DNA from: Candidatus Saccharimonadota bacterium
Lineage (GTDB): Bacteria; Patescibacteriota; Patescibacteriia; 2-12-FULL-60-25
Length of the DNA: 32,000 nt
Reading direction: 5' to 3'
Assembly: GCA_963718585.1 (NCBI GenBank)
Contig: OY970357.1
Location: 870,001 to 902,000 of the forward strand
Under the pieces are notes generated by a model. It was not told the origin of the DNA. It ran no database searches and saw nothing but the letters and a program-made list of their open reading frames with translations. The stretch's first letter is position 1, and every line of letters begins with the position of its first letter. This document shows positions 17,105 to 23,825 of this stretch, in pieces. Both the position numbers and the translations under genes were made by a program.

Positions 17105-17473
17105 TCACTCTTCCCATTTCACCTTCACCTTTTTGCCATGTTCCCGGATAGGGATGCGGATCTCGAGGATCCCATTCTTCAACGACGCTTTTGCGGAATC
17201 TGCGGAAACCTCGAATGGGAGGACGATGGAACGGCTGAACGCGCCCCAATAACACTCTCGATAGTACCATTGATCCTCTGTGAGGTCGTCTGCCATGGCG
17301 CGCGTCCCGCGGACGGTCAGCAGGTCACCATGGATGGCGATGTCGAGATCCTCCGGCTTGACGCCTGCCACGGTCGAGCGGACCACGAGATCCGATCCGT
17401 CACGAAAGACATCGATGGACAACTGTCCTTCATTGGAAGACGCAGCCCAATCTGCAGAGAATGTCTGTGGCAT
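17105..17473 (-). CDS. Hsp20/alpha-crystallin family small heat-shock protein
   Basis: 122 aa. The translation LSIDVFRDGSDLVVRSTVAGVKPEDLDIAIHGDLLTVRGTR...YYRECYWGAFSRSIVLPFEVSADSAKASLKNGILEIRIP is a classic alpha-crystallin domain. Confidence 0.9.
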   Translation of the reverse strand: MPQTFSADWAASSNEGQLSIDVFRDGSDLVVRSTVAGVKPEDLDIAIHGDLLTVRGTRAMADDLTEDQWYYRECYWGAFSRSIVLPFEVSADSAKASLKNGILEIRIPIREHGKKVKVKWEE

Positions 17474-17479
17474 GACGCG

Positions 17480-17488
17480 AGTATAGCA
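17480..17488 (-). promoter_or_regulatory. extended -10 promoter (TGCTATACT) placed for a leaderless hsp20 mRNA
   Basis: The minus strand reads TGCTATACT-cgcgtc-ATG. The -10 ends 6 nt before the start codon, so the expected start site falls on or next to the A of the ATG. There is no SD. Confidence 0.45.
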
Positions 17489-17568
17489 GACGGTGGGACG
17501 GGAACAGAAGTGAGGAGCGAAAAAGGAGAAACGACGTCCTTGGAGATGATCCGATCTGGACGCATCTC

Positions 17569-19446
17569 CTATGGCGTTGCCATCGCCGTACTCGTCGCAT
17601 CCGGCGTCGATATTTTATCGACGCCAACAAGACAGACGGCCTGCCAGGGTTTGTAGTGGCTATGAAAATCCTGCGTCTTTACGGTCCCATCCGGATAGGT
17701 CACATCGTACGTGAAATCCGCGTCAGCGCCGGCATGCGCGCTCTCCGTGCACCTCTTCTTCCCTGGCGGAAGATCGAGCGTTTCAACGAGCCTCACCGGC
17801 GGCGGCTGGGTGACGTTGTACACGCGCGGGATCAGATCGCTGACGTTCGTGACGGTCTTGATACCGGAGTACGACTCCGTTCGACCGTCACGCGTTCCCC
17901 AAAATTCAAAGGTGACGATCGACCCCTTGATATACGCGTTGATGAAGACGGGATGTCCCGTATCGTTCGTAAAGCGCAGATCCGGCTGCGGGTCATAGAT
18001 CGTGGCATCCGTTCCCGCGGGTTCATAATAGACCACGCGATAACTGTGATTTTGACGTTCGGTGATCGGCAAACCTGAGGCCAATGCCGCACGGAACGTC
18101 GTGGTCCCGATCTGACACAATCCGCCACCGAACTCCGGAAGCGTCTCATTCCCTTTGATGACCAGCTCTGGGAGCCACCCGTGCGCTCCATCGATCTCCC
18201 CGAGCGTCTTGATCAGCGAAAACGTATCGCCTGGCTGAATGATCGTTCCATTCATGATCGCCACGCCGTGCTGAATGTTCTTGATCCGATTCGCCGGAGA
18301 ACGGAGGAAATTCGAAGTGCCGACGCCTAACAGATCCGTGATCCCCATCCGCTGCGGGTCATCACCGACCAGTGTTCCCTGTGTGGTATGCAAAATGATC
18401 GGAAACGTCGAGGAAGCGGGCCAATGCGCGTCCACATCCGCAAGCGTTGCCGCGGTATCGATCTCCCGCCCTTCCGTTCCGTGGGTGAACGAGACGATCT
18501 TCCCATCCTGGACGGTGAGTCCCCCGTTCTTCGCCGGAGTTTGAAGATCTCCGGTCAGGGCAACGATCCCGGTCGCGAATTTATCCGGATCGATGACCAC
18601 GTCCATAGCTCCCGGCGTCCCGGTGGCCGCCAACCAACTGACAAGCGTAGAGGTCGGGACCGGATAAGATACATCACCCGTCGTGAAGACCAACGGCGGA
18701 CGATGGAGGACCTCTTCGGCGCGGGATACGAGCGGCTCGATATCCGTCGCATGGATGCTCGCCGCAACATGCTTATCCGTCAGTGTGATCGGATCGAACT
18801 GCAGGACCTTCGCCTCTAGGCGAAGCCGTGCAAGTGCCGCGTCCGTGTCCAGGACCACGCCGTCCATCTCGTGCTGAACGCTGACGCTCGGCGGCGTGCT
18901 CGACGCATCAAAGATCAGATGGGCGTCCTGCGGCGGATGGAGATCCGTCGCAAAACTCGCATCTAGGGCGCTCATGACTCCCTGCGTATCGATCGTGATC
19001 GGTGTCTCGACATTGGTCGGCGAGATCCGAAGCCCAAGCTGTTGGAAGACGTCCTGCCCCCAACGACCGCTGCGTCCAAGGGCATACGCCCTCTGCACTG
19101 CGGTGTCGATGTCATAGTGGACGAGGTCATGCGAGACATCCGGATCCTCAGCCGTGGTCGAAGGACCGACACCGATCTCCTTCCCGTCATAGCGGAACCG
19201 GACCCCGTCCGCGAGGGATTGATCGATCGCGTGTTGGACGGCGGTCCGCGCCTCGGTCACGGTCATGCCATCGAGACGAACACTGAGAATGCGGGTTCCT
19301 GGGAAGATCCGATTCTCGTATAAGCGGGCATACGCCACCATCGCGCCGGAGAACATCAAGACCGATACGGCGATCACCCCGACGGTCGCCGAGGTCCAAA
19401 TAAGCAAGACGCGGACACTGAGGGTTCGCGACGTCGTTTTTGCCAT
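17569..19446 (-). CDS. VanW-family protein with N-terminal membrane anchor (YoaR-like)
   Basis: 625 aa. The N-terminal TM is LLIWTSATVGVIAVSVLMFSGAMVAY. The C-terminal VanW core is GGGLCQIGTTTFRAALASGLPITERQNHSYRVVYYEPAGTDATIYDPQPDLRFTNDTGHPVFI. Confidence 0.9.
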   Translation of the reverse strand: MAKTTSRTLSVRVLLIWTSATVGVIAVSVLMFSGAMVAYARLYENRIFPGTRILSVRLDGMTVTEARTAVQHAIDQSLADGVRFRYDGKEIGVGPSTTAEDPDVSHDLVHYDIDTAVQRAYALGRSGRWGQDVFQQLGLRISPTNVETPITIDTQGVMSALDASFATDLHPPQDAHLIFDASSTPPSVSVQHEMDGVVLDTDAALARLRLEAKVLQFDPITLTDKHVAASIHATDIEPLVSRAEEVLHRPPLVFTTGDVSYPVPTSTLVSWLAATGTPGAMDVVIDPDKFATGIVALTGDLQTPAKNGGLTVQDGKIVSFTHGTEGREIDTAATLADVDAHWPASSTFPIILHTTQGTLVGDDPQRMGITDLLGVGTSNFLRSPANRIKNIQHGVAIMNGTIIQPGDTFSLIKTLGEIDGAHGWLPELVIKGNETLPEFGGGLCQIGTTTFRAALASGLPITERQNHSYRVVYYEPAGTDATIYDPQPDLRFTNDTGHPVFINAYIKGSIVTFEFWGTRDGRTESYSGIKTVTNVSDLIPRVYNVTQPPPVRLVETLDLPPGKKRCTESAHAGADADFTYDVTYPDGTVKTQDFHSHYKPWQAVCLVGVDKISTPDATSTAMATP

Positions 19447-19455
19447 AGATACAGT

Positions 19456-19668
19456 TTACGCTGAAAGGAGCTCGTTGAGGAGGTCTCGAGCGAGCTGGGA
19501 CCGGCCGGCGTCTTCACCGCCGAGCGGAAATACGGCGAGTGCGACACGCGCACCTTCGACCGGTGATCCTCCAATCGCGGTAGCGGGAACGGTCAGGATC
19601 TGTCCGTCTTCGAATTCGAGCGTCACGCGCTCGTCAACGATGGACTGAATTGTGGCAATGAGTGGCAT
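19456..19668 (-). CDS. small DUF3006-like protein (70 aa)
   Basis: I take the internal ATG at 19668 of the listed 111-aa ORF. The upstream 41 codons look non-coding and overlap the RNA leader. MPLIATIQSIVDERVTLEFEDGQILTVPATAIGGSPVEGARVALAV...LARDLLNELLSA fits the DUF3006 pattern (I-x-D-x-x-x-V-L-E-x-x-D-G...EG-x-x-V). It ends 9 nt before the VanW start. Confidence 0.5.
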   Translation of the reverse strand: MPLIATIQSIVDERVTLEFEDGQILTVPATAIGGSPVEGARVALAVFPLGGEDAGRSQLARDLLNELLSA

Positions 19669-19801
19669 GATGGTCAGAATTCTTTGGAACGTCGATCTGG
19701 GATGAGATGCGACATGCTGGAGTGAAAAAGTGACGCAGACGTACGAAACGTACGGTGAGGAGCTTCTTCGCGATGCGCCAACAAACTGCACGGATCAACG
19801 T

Positions 19802-19971
19802 AAAAAGGCCCTAAAGAATCCGCATCCAAGAAACCTGATTATAGGGGAGAGCGAGTCCGAAGACCTGCGGCACCCTACGATGAGGTTCCATGCTTGTCGT
19901 GGACACGGATTCTCCAGAGCCTTACGTGGAACGTTTTCGAGCGTGGAAGGACCCTGCGCCTAAGCGGAGGA
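19802..19971 (-). ncRNA. candidate structured RNA: cis-regulatory leader of the DUF3006-like/VanW operon, or an sRNA (class unknown)
   Basis: It lies downstream of a near-consensus promoter. On the minus strand, GGCUCUGGAGAAUCCG (19921-19906) pairs over 16 bp with CGGAUUCUUUAGGGCC (19822-19807), followed by U5. The three non-Watson-Crick positions are G-U pairs only in the minus-strand RNA; they are C-A/A-C mismatches on the + strand. The enclosed 83 nt contain a UUCG-capped hairpin (GCAGGUC-UUCG-GACUCGC) nested in UAGGG/CCCUA. Confidence 0.4.
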
Positions 19972-19977
19972 TCGTAC

Positions 19978-20006
19978 GTTATATCATGTCCCACCCTTCC
20001 TGTCAA
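19978..20006 (-). promoter_or_regulatory. near-consensus sigma70 promoter (TTGACA-17-TATAAC)
   Basis: On the minus strand the -35 TTGACA is the complement of 20001-20006. A 17-nt spacer follows, and the -10 TATAAC is the complement of 19978-19983. Confidence 0.5.
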
Positions 20007-20033
20007 CCGACGAAGCGCCTGTCTTCGGGGACG

Positions 20034-20061
20034 AAAAAACGGCTTTTTCTCAAGGCCGTTT
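20034..20061 (-). terminator. rho-independent terminator downstream of smc
   Basis: The minus strand reads AACGGC-CTTGAGAAAAA-GCCGTT followed by T6. The stem is at 20055-20060/20038-20043. It lies ~70 nt after the smc stop. Confidence 0.5.
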
Positions 20062-20076
20062 CAAAGATCTATCCCT

Positions 20077-20105
20077 ATTAAACCAGCTCGCCAGCCTTTT
20101 GTCAA
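20077..20105 (-). promoter_or_regulatory. promoter-like element (TTGACA-17-TTTAAT) between the smc stop and its terminator
   Basis: On the minus strand the -35 is the complement of 20100-20105, followed by a 17-nt spacer. The -10 TTTAAT is the complement of 20077-20082. It would fire straight into the terminator at 20034-20061, so its function is doubtful. Confidence 0.3.
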
Positions 20106-20130
20106 GGCATGGATCCCGGCCCAAAAGAGG

Positions 20131-22350
20131 TCATTTCACCGCGAACGGGAGCCCCTCCAATTTGACGGACAGGATCTGCGAAACCCCATCCTCCCCCATG
20201 GTCACCCCATAGAGGACATTCGCCTTATTCATGGTCGCCCGGTTATGGGTGATGACGATGAATTGGGTCCGATCGACGAGTGAATCCACGATCTCCGCGA
20301 ACTTCCGTGAGTTCGCCTCATCAAGAGCCGCGTCCACCTCATCCAGCACGACGAACGGCGATGGGTTGATGGCCATGATCGCACAAATGAGGGCAATGGA
20401 CGTGAGCGCCCGTTCGCCGCCGGAAAGGAGGGCCGTCGCCTTCAGACGCTTCCCGGGCGGGGTCGCTTGGATGTCGATCCCCGCTTCCTGCTCCCTGTTC
20501 CCACTTCCGTTTCCATCTCCATCTTCCGCTTCTTCTTCTTCGACCTCCGGTTCCACCTTGATGATCCGCGCTTCCCCGCCACCAAACAATTTTTGGAAAT
20601 ATTGTCCGAACTCCCGGTCGAGCTGACGGAACGCGACGTCTGCCCGCTCCGCGATCGTCTTATCGAGTTCCGTAATGATGGTCTCCAGCGACCGCATCGC
20701 CTCTTTCAGATCATCCGTCTGTTGCTGCAGCTGTTCGAACCGCGCCTTTGTCTCCTCATATTCCTTCATCGTCTCCGGATCGATCCCACCGATCCATTCG
20801 AGCTGGGACCGCAGCTTCGTCATGCGTGCCTGGAGCTTGTCCGGCGCCTCGTCCCCGGACGGCTTGGCGTCCGCGAGGACGTCCAGCTCCGATTCCAGAT
20901 GCGACGCCAACGTCCGGACCTCGGAGAACAGACCATCTCGTCGCGTCTCAAGACGCGCCACATCCACCGACGCCTCGGACAGGGTACGTTCAGAGGCCTG
21001 TGCTTCATGCCGCCGCGCAGAGATGTCCCGCTGGAGCTGGAACAGATGCGCCCGGTTCTCGTCCTCTTTGGACGTGGCCTGCTTCAAACGCGCCTCCGCG
21101 TCGGCGATCCGATCCGCCAACGTGGCCGTCTCTTCGGCAAGCTCAGCGAACGCCGTTTCAAGCTTCGGATCCTTTGCCGCTGTCGTCTCCTCCGGCGCCG
21201 TGCGTTGGAGCTTGGAAAGGAGGTCCGTGTTCCGATCCCGTAATTTCGCGGCAAGCGTCTTCAATTTGGAGATGTCCGGCGTCTTCGCCTCAAGCGCCTC
21301 CAACAATTCCTTTTGCACCCCTCCCAATGACTCGATCTCGTTGATGATCTTGGAAAGCGGCAAGGGTGACCAGGGCTTTTGCGCTTTGACCTTGGCGACC
21401 TCGCGTTCGGACTCGAGCCGGATCTGCCGTTCGCGCAGCTTTCCGCGCTCCTCCCGCAACGCATCCAACTCCGCGCGGATCTTCCGAAGTTCATCCGACA
21501 CCGGCGTCGCCTTTTCCATGGCTGTAAGCTCCTGCTCCAGCTTGGCCGCTTCTGCATTCTTGCCCTCATACGCAGCACGGGCCGTCTCCACTTGCGTCCC
21601 CGCAGTCCGCAGCTTTGTCCGGATCTCCGCCCACATACCACCGAAATACGCACGTTCCACGGTCTTCAGTTCGGCTTCGAGCGTCTCACGTTCGCGTAGT
21701 CGTTTGACCTGCCGTTCCAAGGAAGAGAGACGTGGCGCGATCTCCCGCATGAGCGTGTCCGCCTGCGCCAGATTATCCCGTGTCCCGTCGAGTTTATTCA
21801 TGGACGAATGCCGTTTGAGCTGGAACGGCTTGAGTCCGGCCGCCTCGTCAAAGAACTCCCGACGCTCGGCCGGCGATGCAGAGAGGACGGCGTCTACCAT
21901 CCCCTGCCCGATCACACTGTAGGTCCGCTGCCCCACGCCGCATTGCGCGAGCAAAAGCGTGACGTCGGTCAAACGCGCCGCCTTCTTATTGATCTCATAT
22001 TCGGATTGCCCATCGCGATACAGCCGGCGCGTCACCACGATCTCCGGCAGCTCGATCTCGCTCGCGTGATCATCATTCACGAGCGTGAGCGAGACTTCCG
22101 CAAAACCCGATCGCGACTTCTTATCCGATCCGGAAAAGATCACGTCCTCTGACTTCTTGCTCCGCAGGAGCTTCATGCTCTGCTCGCCCATCACCCAGCG
22201 GATCGCGTCCGCGACATTGGACTTGCCGGACCCGTTCGGACCGACAACACCGGTAAGACCACGGCGACCGTTCGCGTCCGGATGGAATTCCAATGCGGTC
22301 TTCACCGCAAAGGTCTTGAACCCTTGGAGTTCGAGCTTGCGCAGATACAT
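20131..22350 (-). CDS. smc: SMC-family chromosome segregation ATPase, unusually short (739 aa) with no recognisable hinge domain
   Basis: I take the start at MYLRKLELQGFKTFA (ATG 22350), which is the canonical SMC N-terminus. The listed ORF extends 68 codons further upstream. It has Walker A GPNGSGKSN, the FDEAAGLKPFQLKR motif, signature LSGGERALTSIAL and Walker B FVVLDEVDAALD. Confidence 0.85.
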   Translation of the reverse strand: MYLRKLELQGFKTFAVKTALEFHPDANGRRGLTGVVGPNGSGKSNVADAIRWVMGEQSMKLLRSKKSEDVIFSGSDKKSRSGFAEVSLTLVNDDHASEIELPEIVVTRRLYRDGQSEYEINKKAARLTDVTLLLAQCGVGQRTYSVIGQGMVDAVLSASPAERREFFDEAAGLKPFQLKRHSSMNKLDGTRDNLAQADTLMREIAPRLSSLERQVKRLRERETLEAELKTVERAYFGGMWAEIRTKLRTAGTQVETARAAYEGKNAEAAKLEQELTAMEKATPVSDELRKIRAELDALREERGKLRERQIRLESEREVAKVKAQKPWSPLPLSKIINEIESLGGVQKELLEALEAKTPDISKLKTLAAKLRDRNTDLLSKLQRTAPEETTAAKDPKLETAFAELAEETATLADRIADAEARLKQATSKEDENRAHLFQLQRDISARRHEAQASERTLSEASVDVARLETRRDGLFSEVRTLASHLESELDVLADAKPSGDEAPDKLQARMTKLRSQLEWIGGIDPETMKEYEETKARFEQLQQQTDDLKEAMRSLETIITELDKTIAERADVAFRQLDREFGQYFQKLFGGGEARIIKVEPEVEEEEAEDGDGNGSGNREQEAGIDIQATPPGKRLKATALLSGGERALTSIALICAIMAINPSPFVVLDEVDAALDEANSRKFAEIVDSLVDRTQFIVITHNRATMNKANVLYGVTMGEDGVSQILSVKLEGLPFAVK

Positions 22351-22413
22351 ACGTCGAAGGCATAGCGTAACGGAATGGCGCTCGAATGGGTAGGGGGACG
22401 GCGCGAGAATGGG

Positions 22414-22442
22414 TTGACGGAAGCATCCATCTCGCGTATACA
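22414..22442 (+). promoter_or_regulatory. candidate sigma70 promoter (TTGACG-17-TATACA) for the 22479 gene
   Basis: The -35 is at 22414-22419, followed by a 17-nt spacer and the -10 at 22437-22442. An SD AGGAG (22469-22473) lies 5 nt before the ATG at 22479. Confidence 0.4.
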
Positions 22443-22478
22443 CCCATCGGTTCTTTTCCCCCTCACACAGGAGAACGA

Positions 22479-23165
22479 ATGTCCGAATTGGAATGTGCCC
22501 CCGCATCGCTCGAAGGGTCTCAGGCAGCATCGGAGAGACCCGAGGATGGTCCATTGATCCGCTCCCTCGAGGATCGCTACCCGTTCGCCATGCCGCTCAT
22601 CGAGCACGTCGCGCACCAGCGGCGCATCAAGCGCAAACCTGTCTATATACACGACCTGTCCATCGCGAAAGACCCGCAATATGCGGAAGTGGTCGAACTC
22701 CTCGCCGGAACCGCGGCAAAAGGCGCGATCCGCGCCGCATGCCGGTCGATGATCTTCCTGCTCGACGGACGACGCATCATCGCCATGCACGAATCATTCG
22801 CCGGGACCGAAGCGTTGCGCACGGCCCTCGAACAGGAGATGACGGTGAAGCGCGCTGGACGGATGGTGCATCTCCGGATCCATCACACACAAGCGCTCGA
22901 AGTGCTCGAAGACTTGGCGCATCGATCGCGGATACTCAAAGAGACCGCGGCCACCGACATCCCCGGTCCGGTATCGGTCCGCCATGCCATCCTCGAATTG
23001 CTCGCCATCACCCCGATCCGCCTCGATCTCGAAGAACGGTATCGGACGTGCTTCGAGGTCTGCTTGCCGGGACGCATCTTCGCGCACCGGCTCACTGGTG
23101 GCCGATCTTCCGGATACGCCTTCGTCCCACCCGAGCAACAGCTCCAACTGTTCAACGTCTCCTGA
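22479..23165 (+). CDS. hypothetical protein (228 aa, no family recognised)
   Basis: I take the internal ATG of the listed 259-aa ORF because of the SD AGGAG. Codon usage (atc, ctc, gcc, gaa, G/C-ending) matches housekeeping genes. A strong terminator follows. Confidence 0.6.
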   Translation: MSELECAPASLEGSQAASERPEDGPLIRSLEDRYPFAMPLIEHVAHQRRIKRKPVYIHDLSIAKDPQYAEVVELLAGTAAKGAIRAACRSMIFLLDGRRIIAMHESFAGTEALRTALEQEMTVKRAGRMVHLRIHHTQALEVLEDLAHRSRILKETAATDIPGPVSVRHAILELLAITPIRLDLEERYRTCFEVCLPGRIFAHRLTGGRSSGYAFVPPEQQLQLFNVS

Positions 23166-23174
23166 TCAGCTCCC

Positions 23175-23203
23175 CCGCCCTCCACACTGGAGGGCGGATT
23201 TGT
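23175..23203 (+). terminator. rho-independent terminator
   Basis: CCGCCCTCC-ACACT-GGAGGGCGG is a 9-bp GC-rich stem (23175-23197), followed by ATTTGTAT. Confidence 0.6.
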
Positions 23204-23253
23204 ATCTCCGAACATGGACGCCAGCGACGATCTTTGATAGCGTCGGTTCGAGT

Positions 23254-23607
23254 ATGACGCATCGATTCGAACAAAGCATGATCCATCTGCGCGAAGCCCT
23301 CGCACGCGTCCTGACGGAACGCGTGGAATTCCCCCGCGGGATCTTCGTGACCGTGCTGGAGGTGAAGATGACGCGGAACCAGACGCAGGCAAAGGTCGTC
23401 CTCTCCGTTCTCCCGGTTGACCAGGAGGAGACGGTGTTGAAGACCCTCAATGACAAGGATACGGCACACGAGATCAAGGATGGACTCGCCAATGCGGTCC
23501 GGCTCCGCCACATCCCGAGACTTCACTGGACCTTCGATGAGACCGAGGCCGCGGCCGCGGACATCGATGCGACGATCAACGAACTCAAGGCAAAGGGGGA
23601 GTTATAA
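23254..23607 (+). CDS. rbfA: ribosome-binding factor A
   Basis: 117 aa from the ATG at 23254. The translation LREALARVLTERVEFPRGIFVTVLEVKMTRNQTQAKVVLSVLP...IKDGLANAVRLRHIPRLHWTFDETEAAAADIDATINEL shows the RbfA pattern (R-x-x-P-x-L-x-F-x-x-D). Confidence 0.85.
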   Translation: MTHRFEQSMIHLREALARVLTERVEFPRGIFVTVLEVKMTRNQTQAKVVLSVLPVDQEETVLKTLNDKDTAHEIKDGLANAVRLRHIPRLHWTFDETEAAAADIDATINELKAKGEL

Positions 23608-23608
23608 A

Positions 23609-23710
23609 CTAGAAGCTAGAAGCTAGAAGCTAGAAGCTAGAAGCTAGAAGCTAGAAGCTAGAAGCTAGAAGCTAGAAGCTAGAAGCTAGAAGCTAGAAGC
23701 TAGAAGCTAG
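23609..23710 (+). repeat. perfect heptanucleotide tandem array (CTAGAAG) x14 plus a 4-nt partial unit
   Basis: The array starts 2 nt after the rbfA stop. The units are identical by direct reading (23609+7k). Each unit carries TAG on both strands, so stops occur in all six frames. Confidence 0.97.
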
Positions 23711-23714
23711 GGAG

Positions 23715-23742
23715 AGAATGGACCCGATCCGGTACCCATTCT
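23715..23742. other. hairpin between the direct and inverted heptamer arrays
   Basis: AGAATGG-ACC-[CGATCC]-GGT-(AC)-CCATTCT gives about 10 bp with a 2-nt bulge. Confidence 0.5.
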
Positions 23743-23772
23743 AGATTCTAGATTCCAGCTTCTAGATTCTCG
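23738..23772 (+). repeat. degenerate inverted copy of the heptamer array (ATTCTAG ATTCTAG ATTCCAG CTTCTAG ATTCTCG)
   Basis: Five 7-nt units are present. CTTCTAG is the exact reverse complement of CTAGAAG, and the others differ at 1-2 positions. Confidence 0.7.
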
Positions 23773-23787
23773 ATCCCGGACACCCCC

Positions 23788-23816
23788 TTGACCCCTCGCC
23801 CATTTTCCTCTACGTT
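23788..23816 (+). promoter_or_regulatory. weak promoter candidate (TTGACC-17-TACGTT) for the DHH gene
   Basis: The -35 is at 23788-23793, followed by a 17-nt spacer and the -10 at 23811-23816. The -10 ends 9 nt before the ATG at 23826, giving a near-leaderless geometry. Confidence 0.25.
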
Positions 23817-23825
23817 GTTCGATCC

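Noticed and set aside
16982-17656. A 224-aa + ORF and neighbouring short ORFs lie across the hsp20 locus.
   Set aside because: They are antisense to a clearly recognisable Hsp20 gene and to the VanW 3' end, and they have no motifs.
19669-20130. A known housekeeping ncRNA (tmRNA, RNase P RNA, SRP RNA, 6S RNA) or a c-di-AMP riboswitch could lie in the 460-nt gap.
   Set aside because: By eye I found no GGAAAGTCC/ACAGAA P4 strands, no tRNA-like T-arm or tag ORF, no GGAAGCAGC SRP domain IV, and no end-to-end 6S-like pairing. The ydaO-like strings are short and out of the expected order. A covariance-model search is needed before naming a class.
22351-22554. The listed smc ORF has a 68-codon N-terminal extension (MDHPRVSPML...).
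   Set aside because: The canonical SMC N-terminus MYLRKLELQGFKTF begins at 22350. The extension has no SMC similarity and overlaps the divergent promoter region.
22302-23392. Alternative ORFs 22493..23257 (+), 22302..22790 (-), 22794..23147 (-) and 22883..23392 (-) overlap this region.
   Set aside because: They overlap the SD-preceded 22479..23165 frame, which has genome-typical codon usage, and they overlap rbfA. Their translations are R/P/S-rich shadows.
23609-23710. The tandem array could be a CRISPR array.
   Set aside because: The units are 7 nt and contiguous with no spacers, and there are no cas genes in the window. It is a microsatellite-type array.
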